Positions 1 through 7,871 are shown, counted from the stretch's first letter. The stretch is DNA of 32,000 bases from Candidatus Korarchaeum cryptofilum OPF8 (GCF_000019605.1 NC_010482.1:540001-572000), one strand, 5' to 3'. The notes: a model not told the origin generated them from the sequence alone. Program-made: numbers and translations.

Positions 1-359
1 GAGAGGGTCCTCCTACCGAGAGCTCTTATGAAGTAGTAAGCTATCCTCTCACCGAGCCTCGTCTTCAGGAAAGCTCTAGCAAACATATATGCGGTGAAGA
101 TGAGCCAAACTGTTGAATTAGAGAAGCCAGAGAGTGCATCTCCTATCTTCAGGATGCCTGTAAGCGCAGAAACTCCCACGCCTATTATCACTATAGCTCC
201 CTGTGGCAGGGGCCTGAGTATGAGTCCCAGTATGACAGCTATGAAGATGGCGAGCAGCCGCCAACCGTTGAGATCCATGCCAGCTGGGGGCGGGATGAAC
301 CAGAGGATCAGGCCGACGAGGAGGACGAGCAAACCGTAAGCTATCTTCCTTCTATCCAT
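1..359 (-). CDS. DASS-family (SLC13-like) anion:sodium symporter, N-terminal fragment; the gene continues past the left window edge
   Basis: Not in the ORF track because there is no stop in the window. Reading the reverse complement from ATG at 359-357 gives MDRRKIAYGLLVLLVGLILWFIPPPAGMDLNGWRLLAIFIAVILGLILRPLPQGAIVIIGVGVSALTGILKIGDALSGFSNSTVWLIFTAYMFARAFLKTRLGERIAYYFI..., open to position 1. The W.LLAIF / SGFSNSTVWLI / LGERIAY pattern is typical of DASS transporter N-termini. Track ORF 94..339(+) is its antisense shadow. Confidence 0.6.
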   Translation of the reverse strand, partial: MDRRKIAYGLLVLLVGLILWFIPPPAGMDLNGWRLLAIFIAVILGLILRPLPQGAIVIIGVGVSALTGILKIGDALSGFSNSTVWLIFTAYMFARAFLKTRLGERIAYYFIRALGRRTL

Positions 360-650
360 GGGGAAACCCCCTTCATAAATGAAGGTGACTAAAATTTAAA
401 CTTATTTGTTTTCGTTTTCTGTCGAATTACATTTTTCTTAAACATGCTCTTGGACAAAATTCTCATTATTTTATATAGATATCCGATTCTTGCTTATAAA
501 TATAATATATTACGGCGAGATAAGTCCTCTTTAAACTTTTACCTATATAGATCATAGAGAAAAATGCAGATAGGAGATATAAATATATTAATTCTAACAA
601 TTTTTGGATATTAATTTTATGAAAGAATCGATTTTCATGATAAGTATGTA

Positions 651-743
651 GCCAGAAATAGAGAAGGGTTCCCGAAGGGCAACTCCCTGCGATAGTTTGG
701 CGCACTGAGAGGTCTCGCCTACCACTCTCTAGCAAAATTTTTT
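651..743. ncRNA. Candidate small structured RNA (GC-rich island in an AT-rich spacer); strand and identity unknown
   Basis: The roughly 440-nt spacer 360-802 is very AT-rich except for 651-733. There, TAGAGA (659-664) can pair with TCTCTA (726-731). Internal stems are possible (CCC-GAA-GGG at 671-679; GGCG 699-702 with CGCC 716-719). A T6 run at 738-743 follows on the + strand. TATA-like sequence around 607-620 lies upstream. No known RNA family was recognised. Confidence 0.2.
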
Positions 744-802
744 AGCCACATTATTCCTTACATCCCACATAAGGATTATCTAGCGATCATTATTTTTAGT
801 GA

Positions 803-1630
803 TTATCGTTTATTTTTAATCCCCTCTATTTTTAATCTTCTCAATACCAATATGGCTGCTAGTATTAATGAAGCTGCCAGGACAGGTAGCCCTAGGGGGA
901 ATCCGAAGAGCTCATCCTCCACTCTCAGGGGGAGCGATAGTGAGTTGGAGATCGAGCTGAGGGTACCGTTGAATAGAGCGACAGGATAGAGGCTTCCACT
1001 CATCAATCTCAGCCAGGAGAGGATGTATGAGAGAGTTAATGTGAGAAGAAGGAATGAGATCAGCCCTAGTGCATCTTCATGTTTCGGATAAATCTTTGTG
1101 AATATGAATGCTAAGGGGATACGCCATAACCACCAGATAGAGCCTATTATGATCGATGATCTGAATAATCCGAATCTTATAGTCTCCTCTAGCAAGAACC
1201 CTCTCCAGCCTATTTCCTCAATTAGCGAGGCGATCGTATTCACAGTCATCCCGGAGAGGAAGCTGGAGAGCACTAGCATTAAGCTCCCGAGCTCATCGTA
1301 TGATATGAGCTCCAATCCGGAGTAGCTGACCTTGAGGGGGATCTCGTTGATCGAAAGCGTTATCACATAGCTGATAGCTATTATCGATATAGAGAATATC
1401 AGGGAGTGAGCGATATACCTCCTCTTGAATGATGGGCTCAGGAGCCTCTCTAGGAGATCACCGAAGTATGCGAAGCTTACCAGAGCTACTCCTAAAGCCG
1501 GTATCAAAAACCTGGAGGTGAGCAGGAGCTTAGCTAGAGGTGGGGAGGCCTTAACAATCACGATTATCGTTATATCGAGAGCTATCGTGAGGGAGAATGT
1601 CACCAATATGTATTTCAGAAGTCTCCTCAT
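803..1630 (-). CDS. CPBP-family (CAAX/Abi-like) intramembrane protease homolog, polytopic membrane protein
   Basis: 275 aa and highly hydrophobic. It carries the CPBP motif 1 EExxxR as LIEEIGWRGFLLEE. The usual His residues of motifs 2 and 3 are not obvious (SIWWLWRIP, ALFNGTLS), so it may be divergent or inactive. Confidence 0.55.
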   Translation of the reverse strand: MRRLLKYILVTFSLTIALDITIIVIVKASPPLAKLLLTSRFLIPALGVALVSFAYFGDLLERLLSPSFKRRYIAHSLIFSISIIAISYVITLSINEIPLKVSYSGLELISYDELGSLMLVLSSFLSGMTVNTIASLIEEIGWRGFLLEETIRFGLFRSSIIIGSIWWLWRIPLAFIFTKIYPKHEDALGLISFLLLTLTLSYILSWLRLMSGSLYPVALFNGTLSSISNSLSLPLRVEDELFGFPLGLPVLAASLILAAILVLRRLKIEGIKNKR

Positions 1631-1668
1631 CGATACCTGTAGCTCTTAAAAATAAAAAACCTAACGGA

Positions 1669-2751
1669 TCATCGGCCTGAGGATGCTCCCCTATAAGGAG
1701 GCTTCGGAGATCCTAGGCTAAGAGGCCCCCTCTGCTGAATGAACTTTCCCCTCATCGGTATCTCTGCCCCGCATCTGGGGCACCTCCACTTCCCCCCTTC
1801 CTGAATCAGGCTGAAGTGAGTCACTCTACACATCCTCCTTCGGATGAGGAGCTTCCCGCACTTAGGGCAGAAGGTACTCTCTAGATCGGGATCCCAAACG
1901 TTCCCCACGTAAACGAAGTTGATACCCTCCCTCATAGCCCTCTCCCTGAAGTTGAGGAGCTTTTTGAGATCGGTCTCAGGCTCCCTCCATCTATTCGCTG
2001 GGAAGTAGCGATTTATGTGCAGAGGTACGTCAGGCCCGAGGGAGAGGTGCTTATCCACTATCCAGTTGAAGCAACTCTCGAAATCGTTAGCCCCTGTGAC
2101 CACTAAATAGACTACCTCCACGTGACCCCCCTCCTCAATGACCTCTCTAGCATTCCTGAAGATTATATCGTGGTTCACGTGAGGCAATATCTTCCTCTCA
2201 GCCATCTCAGGGCATCCCTTTATGTCAATACTGTAGCCATCAGTCCCGGCATTGAGGAGCTCCCTTAGAGCTTCTAAAGTGAAGTAACCATTCGTGACCA
2301 CCATAGAATAGAGCCCTGAATCCTTAGCTAACTTAGAAGCCTCTAAAACGAAATCGAAGTTGGTAGCTGGCTCATTGAGGCTCGCTGAGATTCCATGATC
2401 CCCTCTCCTCTTAGCTAAATCTATGAGGTAGGACGGTTTGACTTCAGGGACTTCGGGGGGCCACCTGAAGCTTATCTCATGATTCTGGCACCAAGGGCAG
2501 TAGAAATTGCATCCATAGTTCGAGTAAGTCAGCGCTGTGCTGTTGGGCCAGTAGTGAAAGAGGGGCTTGATCTCTATAGGTCTGCTCTCAATGTAGCTCA
2601 ATTTCCCATAGCCCACATGGTATAAGCTTCCGTTTATGTTAGCGTAATTTCCGCAGGCGCCCCTCATCCCCTCCCTTATCTTGCATCTCCTCTCGCAGAC
2701 TAAACACTCCAAATGATCCTCATACTTCCTCTGAAGCCTCGACTCCATCAT
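1669..2751 (-). CDS. amrS: AmmeMemoRadiSam-system-type radical SAM enzyme (PflA-like activase family)
   Basis: The N-terminal Cys cluster is CLVCERRCKIREGMRGACGNY. It is followed by IEIKPLFHYWP and the radical SAM CxxxCxxC motif (GCNFYCPWCQNHEIS). The C-terminal zinc ribbon is CPKCG...CPRCG. The start ATG overlaps the stop of the upstream gene (ATGA at 2748-2751). Confidence 0.7.
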   Translation of the reverse strand: MMESRLQRKYEDHLECLVCERRCKIREGMRGACGNYANINGSLYHVGYGKLSYIESRPIEIKPLFHYWPNSTALTYSNYGCNFYCPWCQNHEISFRWPPEVPEVKPSYLIDLAKRRGDHGISASLNEPATNFDFVLEASKLAKDSGLYSMVVTNGYFTLEALRELLNAGTDGYSIDIKGCPEMAERKILPHVNHDIIFRNAREVIEEGGHVEVVYLVVTGANDFESCFNWIVDKHLSLGPDVPLHINRYFPANRWREPETDLKKLLNFRERAMREGINFVYVGNVWDPDLESTFCPKCGKLLIRRRMCRVTHFSLIQEGGKWRCPRCGAEIPMRGKFIQQRGPLSLGSPKPPYRGASSGR

Positions 2752-3680
2752 CTCCTCAACCTTACTACAGTAGTATTCCCCCTCCTCTCGAGAGTTAAGA
2801 TGCCTTCCATCTCCATCCTCCTTATCCTCCTCCAGACGGTCGCCCTGGGAAGTCCTAGGGCTTTTGTGAGATCAGATTGAGTCATCTCACCGCCTCTAGC
2901 CCTAAGTTCCCTCATGATGAGCTCCTCTATCTCACCATATTCCACTTTCCTCGCCCTACTTCTGATTAGCAGGAGCGCTGATACGCCCACGATTATCGGG
3001 ACTAATATGTAGATGTACCAAAATGGAGCATTCTCGGAGCTCTTACTGGGAACGCTTGTCTTACTCTCACTAGTCATACTCTCAGTGGATGCTTTAACCC
3101 CGCTCGACTCATTCCCCTTAGACTCAGTTACTGATGTCGCGGTCCTCACCTCAATCCTTGTTTGAGATCTCGTCACGGTCAGTGGTGTCGAGATTTTCTC
3201 AAGCTTATAAGATATCCAGAGAGTCCCTGTTCCAAAACTCAGTTTTATCCATTCTCCTTCCGAGCTTATCTCATCTGGAAGAGATGAGATCCCCACTATG
3301 GTTGCATCAGCGGGCAGATACACTTTAGCCGAGCTAGAGGGGAGGGAGAGCGTCAGGTTCCATATGACTCCGATCTTCGATGTCAAGGACTGAGTCTGAT
3401 AGTTGACCTCGAATTGAGGCAGGTCCAAGGTATCTACCCTTATAATGCTCCCGCTGCGGCTGTAATTCAGGATTAGGCCACTGCTAGTTACGATCAAATT
3501 CTGGGGATCGCCCACTATCCTGAGATCGTAGTACCTGGAGCTCACCCCTGATACGGATAGAGTGACATCGACCCATCCGTCCGGGAATACGATGAGAGTG
3601 GCCTCTGTGACTGGAGCTGAGGAAAAAGCTAGAGAGGGAAGGAGTACGAACGCAAGCGCTATTGCTACTTTCCTCATCAT
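2748..3680 (-). CDS. Membrane-anchored winged-helix protein: signal peptide, beta-rich ectodomain, Ser/Thr linker, one TM, cytoplasmic C-terminal wHTH
   Basis: The N-terminus MMRKVAIALAFVLLPSLAFSSAP looks like a signal peptide. A Ser/Thr-rich stretch (TESMTSESKTSVPSKSSE) leads to the TM FWYIYILVPIIVGVSALLLI, followed by positive-inside RSRARK. The C-terminus MTQSDLTKALGLPRATVWRRIRRMEMEGILTLERRGNTTVVRL is a MarR/ArsR-like wHTH. Confidence 0.6.
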   Translation of the reverse strand: MMRKVAIALAFVLLPSLAFSSAPVTEATLIVFPDGWVDVTLSVSGVSSRYYDLRIVGDPQNLIVTSSGLILNYSRSGSIIRVDTLDLPQFEVNYQTQSLTSKIGVIWNLTLSLPSSSAKVYLPADATIVGISSLPDEISSEGEWIKLSFGTGTLWISYKLEKISTPLTVTRSQTRIEVRTATSVTESKGNESSGVKASTESMTSESKTSVPSKSSENAPFWYIYILVPIIVGVSALLLIRSRARKVEYGEIEELIMRELRARGGEMTQSDLTKALGLPRATVWRRIRRMEMEGILTLERRGNTTVVRLRR

Positions 3681-3719
3681 CCCATCTGATAGATAATAAA
3701 TAAAAAATTGATGGGGAGC

Positions 3720-4802
3720 TCAGCTCTTCTTACCCTTCCCCGGAGATTCGGGTTTCCCTTTATCCTCCTTCTTGGCCTGTCCAGGAGGCACCTCGGGCTT
3801 CTTACCCTTCTCCTCCTTCTTCTCTATGCCAGGAGGCAGCTTATCCCCTATCGTCGCGTTGAACTTCATCCCCTTGATCTTTTCCACTTTCCCCTCCTTC
3901 ACAGCTTTAGACGAACTCTCCTTCAGGAATTTCACTATCTGGGACATTAAACTGTTCGCCTTCGCCATTAGTTGAGCTGCAGTATCTTTATCACCAGCTA
4001 AAGCGTAAGCTCTAGCCTGTTCCAAGAGAGCCTCCACTTGCTGCGAGAGGTTCTCAGCCTCACTCACGTTCAGACTAGCATTCTCAGCAGCAGATATCAT
4101 CGCTTTCAACCTGGAGAGCCTGACCTCATGCCTCAGGATAGCGACTAAGAGGCCCGGTGCCACTTTCGTGGCGTTGGTCAAATTAGTTGTGTTAGTAGTT
4201 AAGTTGGTAGTTGTATTTGTGGTTACATTAGTGGTTACATTAACTGTAGCGTTTGTCTGAGTAGAGATAGGAGCGTAGCATTGGCCTATGATTATCCAAG
4301 CTCTTCCCAGCGTGTTTATCGCTTTCAATGCGAGCTTAGCTGCCTCTCTATAATTCCCGGAGGAGAGCAGAGCTTTCGCTTCAGCTATATAGCTATCAGC
4401 TTTGCTCAAGATACCGGAGATCTCCTCTTGGGCATTGCTGCATCTAGATGCGCCGAAGCTCCAATTGTAGCTCCAATTATAAGGTGAAGTATTAGTGCTA
4501 TTATAAGAAGTGGAATTCCCAGCACTCTGGTTACTCCAGTTCCACTCATAGCTATAGTTACCAGTCGTATTAGTAGTTATATTCGTATTCATAATCGTAA
4601 TATTCCCCACTATAGAGGAGATCTCGCTCCTCGATTTCTCATAAAGCTCTATGAGGTATGAAGCCGTGTAGGGCCCTATCGCTAATGTGAGTAGCGGTCC
4701 CATCAGGAAGAGAGCGACGAGGAATACAGCTAGGACTCTCGTCCCTACCATATTAGGTCGAAATAATTCCTCCGGAAGCGAATATAAGGATACCTCACGC
4801 AA
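3720..4802 (-). CDS. Single-pass (N-terminal anchor) surface protein with two Asn/Thr-rich sequon arrays, helical segments and a Lys-rich tail; function unknown
   Basis: The 360 aa ORF starts at TTG 4802. ATG at 4751 (MVGTRVLAVFLVALFLMGPLL...) is the more likely start. By hand count it has 23 N-x-S/T sequons (NITTNTTGNYSYEWNWSNQSAGNSTSYNSTNTSPYNWSYNWS; TNATVNVTTNVTTNTTTNLTTNTTNLTNATK). The C-terminal tail is KKEEKGKKPEVPPGQAKKEDKGKPESPGKGKKS. Confidence 0.55.
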   Translation of the reverse strand: MREVSLYSLPEELFRPNMVGTRVLAVFLVALFLMGPLLTLAIGPYTASYLIELYEKSRSEISSIVGNITIMNTNITTNTTGNYSYEWNWSNQSAGNSTSYNSTNTSPYNWSYNWSFGASRCSNAQEEISGILSKADSYIAEAKALLSSGNYREAAKLALKAINTLGRAWIIIGQCYAPISTQTNATVNVTTNVTTNTTTNLTTNTTNLTNATKVAPGLLVAILRHEVRLSRLKAMISAAENASLNVSEAENLSQQVEALLEQARAYALAGDKDTAAQLMAKANSLMSQIVKFLKESSSKAVKEGKVEKIKGMKFNATIGDKLPPGIEKKEEKGKKPEVPPGQAKKEDKGKPESPGKGKKS

Positions 4803-5652
4803 CTCGGGCGCTCGCTGAGCGCTCCAATTCAGCTATCAGATTCCTCACTTCCCTCAGCATCTTCTCCTTTTTATCTAAAATTTTTTCAAGATATCTCGAC
4901 TTTTCATTGTCAATTTTTTCCTTCAAATCGCTCAGCTCTAGTTTTATTGCCTCTATGGAGAGCTCCATCCTCCTCTCCTCCTCCCTCAGATCCCTCAGGA
5001 GTATTGAGATGAGCTCATCGGCCCTCCTGACGGCATCCGAATGCCTCTCATATCCGTCCTCGTAAGTCCCCCAAGCCTTCCTCTCCTCAATGAGCCTTAA
5101 GATCTCCTCATCATATTTCTTCCATCCTATTATCGATCTTATCCTCCTGATCCTCCTCTCTATCATATCCTCGGGCTTTATCCTCCTCTTCAATGCCAGA
5201 TAGAATAAGTAAGCTGTTGAAACCTCCAATAGGATCGTTATCGCGAGCGATATAGCTGAGCTGATCGGTATCCCCATGGATACCCTCATCTCAGCGGTGC
5301 TATTTCCTTTGGAAGTCTTCGCCGTTATTAGGACAGAGAAATCCCCGGAGTAAGCTATCCTAGGTACCTCGAAGATCCTGTATATTACTTTGCTCTCTCC
5401 AGCCTCTAGAGATATCGGCTCCTCCAGCGGGGAATCGTAGGAAGCGATGGGGATCGAGGCGGGGATCAGGGGGAGATTCTGCATGACTTTCACCTCGAAA
5501 CCCGTGACATTTATCTCCTCCTTCCCCCTATTCATCAGGAAGATCGTGACGTTCACGTACTCCCCCGGGCTCACTATGACCTCGCTCGGGGATACCTGTA
5601 TCAGCAAGTCGCCTGAAGCCAGCATCAGGAGGAGGAGGGGCCAGGGCCTCAT
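4795..5652 (-). CDS. Type I membrane protein: signal peptide, about 110 aa Ig/CARDB-like ectodomain, one TM, about 130 aa cytoplasmic coiled coil; function unknown
   Basis: The signal peptide is MRPWPLLLLMLASG. The beta-sandwich-like region reads VSPGEYVNVTIFLMNRGKEEINVTGFEV. The TM ISLAITILLEVSTAYLFYLAL is followed by KRRIK. A heptad-rich charged tail (LREEERRMELSIEAIKLELSDLKEKIDNEKSRYLEKILDKKEKMLREVRNLIAELE) ends the protein. The ATG at 5652 lies 4 nt after the CDF gene stop. Confidence 0.55.
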   Translation of the reverse strand: MRPWPLLLLMLASGDLLIQVSPSEVIVSPGEYVNVTIFLMNRGKEEINVTGFEVKVMQNLPLIPASIPIASYDSPLEEPISLEAGESKVIYRIFEVPRIAYSGDFSVLITAKTSKGNSTAEMRVSMGIPISSAISLAITILLEVSTAYLFYLALKRRIKPEDMIERRIRRIRSIIGWKKYDEEILRLIEERKAWGTYEDGYERHSDAVRRADELISILLRDLREEERRMELSIEAIKLELSDLKEKIDNEKSRYLEKILDKKEKMLREVRNLIAELERSASARVA

Positions 5653-5656
5653 GATA

Positions 5657-6967
5657 TCACCTAGTCGAGAAGTGGACCGTTATATTAGCGCTAGGTATTA
5701 TCTCCCTCACAGCCAGCTCTACCTTATGAGTGAAATCGTGGACTTTCCTGAAATCGGAATTCCCGGGGACCAATATCCTTATGGTCACGACCCAAGGCTC
5801 ATCGACCTTGAGCGATTCGAGGGAGTAATCCGTCCCCCTGAGCATCTCCTCAACCTTCCTTCTTATCATGTCCTCTATCTCATCCTTGCTGTGGGTTAGT
5901 ATAGGAAGATCAGCTGGATCAACGTGAACTATCGCCTCAACGACACCCGGTATTCCCTCCCTAACCTTCCTCTCCAGCTCATCCGAGATCTCATGTGCCC
6001 TCCAGGCCTCTATCCCCGGATCCACTACAGCATGAAGCGAGACCCTCTTTCCCCCATCCGTCTTGGACATGCTCACTGCATGCACATCTAAGACACCGCT
6101 CACCCCCTTAGATATCCCCCTCACTAGATCCTCTATGCTCTCAACGCTCCTCTCCACTATGAGATCCACATCCATGTTCAGCCTCTCCCTTATAGCTTCA
6201 GCTAGCTCATCATCGCTCGGATGTTCGGGGCCCACTCTAATGGATATATCCGCGAAGAGGAAATTCCCCACCCTCCTAGCCCTCACTCTCTCCACAGAAA
6301 TTATGCCTGGCTTGCTCAAGCATACATCCCTTATCTCCTCAATTATCTTGGGATCTATCCTGTCCGTCAGGTCGTATAAGGACTCCTTCGTGATCTTAAT
6401 AGCTGATCTGAGGAAGAGAAGGGATATCAGGACTCCGGTTATCGGATCCAGTATCTTGAGACCCGCCCTTATGAATAGAAGGCTCAGTATAACGGTGATA
6501 GATGTGAATATATCGCTGGAGAAGTGAAGGGAATCGGATTCTATTGCCCTACTCCCAGTCAGTTTAGCGGCTCTCCTCAGGGCTCTAGATCTCTCCACAT
6601 CTACTGCTACTGAGATCAGCATGACTGAGATTGGGAGTATGCCTATCTCTATCTCCGGTGGGCTGATAATCCTCTTAAAAGCCTCGTATACTACCCACAT
6701 CATCGTTATAATTAAGAAGAAGCCGCCCAGGACCCCTCCCAGGCTATCGAGCTTCCTGTGGCCGTAGGGATGAGTCTCATCGGGGGGCCTCATGGAGTAC
6801 CTGACCGAGAGCAGAGTGGTCAGAGTGGTCAAGCTGTCCAAGGAGGAGTGGAGGAATTCCGAAATTATGCTGAGGCTATTCGTCACAAGTCCTGCGTAAA
6901 GCTTGAGGGCTGAGAGGAGGAGGGAAGCGAGAAAAGAGGATAGGAGCAGTCTGTTCAGCTTTTCCAT
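5657..6967 (-). CDS. Cation diffusion facilitator (CDF) metal efflux transporter with an extended, apparently triplicated cytoplasmic C-terminal region
   Basis: It has a six-TM N-terminal half with HxxxD pairs in TM2 and TM5 (HSSLD, HFSSD). At 436 aa it is longer than the usual roughly 300 aa. Three consecutive ZT_dimer-like segments follow the membrane domain. Confidence 0.75.
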   Translation of the reverse strand: MEKLNRLLLSSFLASLLLSALKLYAGLVTNSLSIISEFLHSSLDSLTTLTTLLSVRYSMRPPDETHPYGHRKLDSLGGVLGGFFLIITMMWVVYEAFKRIISPPEIEIGILPISVMLISVAVDVERSRALRRAAKLTGSRAIESDSLHFSSDIFTSITVILSLLFIRAGLKILDPITGVLISLLFLRSAIKITKESLYDLTDRIDPKIIEEIRDVCLSKPGIISVERVRARRVGNFLFADISIRVGPEHPSDDELAEAIRERLNMDVDLIVERSVESIEDLVRGISKGVSGVLDVHAVSMSKTDGGKRVSLHAVVDPGIEAWRAHEISDELERKVREGIPGVVEAIVHVDPADLPILTHSKDEIEDMIRRKVEEMLRGTDYSLESLKVDEPWVVTIRILVPGNSDFRKVHDFTHKVELAVREIIPSANITVHFSTR

Positions 6968-7009
6968 CGGGGGATCTTACAGCGGATATTTTTAAGGTTG
7001 ACTGAGGTA

Positions 7010-7777
7010 CTAAGCCCCCCTAACTTGGAGGAGGAAGCCAGCGATAGTCATAGCAGCTCCAGAGCCAGCGAAGAGCAACTGTATGAGTTGGAGGGTGCTC
7101 GAGGCATATGATGGGTTGAGCTTCAGGATTAGGCCCCTCATTATCTCTGAGGAAGCTGGTGTGAAGGTTATTATGAGGGAGATAGCTAGTAAGACAGCGC
7201 CCGGAATTGCTAAGGATGAAAGCCAGGAGGGCTCTCCCCCGAGCTCACCCCTGAACTTGAGGGCCCTGAGGATAGGTGGAACTAGGAGTATGACGAAGGG
7301 ATACTCAGTTATGAAGAACCAGAGGGTCAATGATGTTCCTAGCATGAATAGATCCTCCGGAGTGAGTGAGGGAGGTAGCATACCGAGGAGGCTTATTACG
7401 ATCGTGTAAAGGTAGGCTACAGTTGCGCATCCTACCCAAAGCGATATCTGGGAAGCTATTGAGAACTTCCTCCAGTTGAAATCCTTGGTCAGCTTACCGA
7501 AAATGTAGAAGCCTATGAAGTTCCCGGGGGCTGCTGACAGCAAGCTTGGAAGGTACAGAGCTCCATGCTTCATGGAATCGGCTATCACAGTCCCTATGGC
7601 AGCTCCTAGTCCACCGACACCAGGTCCGTACAGTATGGAGAATATAGCTGGTAGCACTACAGCGGGCCTGAACTGACCCCTCCCGAATGGGGAGACTAAG
7701 TAAGAGGTGAGGAAGGAGCCTATAGCGTAGAGGGCCGCGCACAGGCCAGTGGCGGATACTCTCTCCCCCGTCCCCAT
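7010..7777 (-). CDS. Polytopic membrane protein, ECF-transporter S-component / QueT-like
   Basis: 255 aa with about 6-7 TM. The N-terminal pattern LCAALYAIGSFL...FRPAVVLPAIFSILYGPGVGGLGAAIGTVIAD resembles vitamin/queuosine-precursor S components. This is a family recollection only. Confidence 0.4.
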   Translation of the reverse strand: MGTGERVSATGLCAALYAIGSFLTSYLVSPFGRGQFRPAVVLPAIFSILYGPGVGGLGAAIGTVIADSMKHGALYLPSLLSAAPGNFIGFYIFGKLTKDFNWRKFSIASQISLWVGCATVAYLYTIVISLLGMLPPSLTPEDLFMLGTSLTLWFFITEYPFVILLVPPILRALKFRGELGGEPSWLSSLAIPGAVLLAISLIITFTPASSEIMRGLILKLNPSYASSTLQLIQLLFAGSGAAMTIAGFLLQVRGA

Positions 7778-7871
7778 GATATCCCTTAATATCTCCGGGG
7801 ACTATTTTAAAAGCGTATGTAAAAATTGAATTAAGTTAATATTATCATATATATCTGATTAGGGGATATAT

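Noticed and set aside
94-339. Track ORF (+, 81 aa)
   Set aside because: It lies antisense to a much better DASS-transporter reading frame that is open from 359 to the window edge. Its translation is Pro/Ser/Arg-rich with no recognisable features.
466-735. Track ORF (-, 89 aa) in the AT-rich spacer
   Set aside because: It is a low-complexity, Ile/Tyr/Lys-rich translation of AT-rich DNA. It spans the GC-rich island, which is better explained as a possible RNA or regulatory element.
4170-4260. Short tandem DNA repeats (GTGGTTACATTA x2 and related units), considered as a microsatellite or CRISPR-like element
   Set aside because: They are in frame within the 3720..4802 gene and encode the NVTT/NTTT sequon array. 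There is no spacer-repeat architecture.
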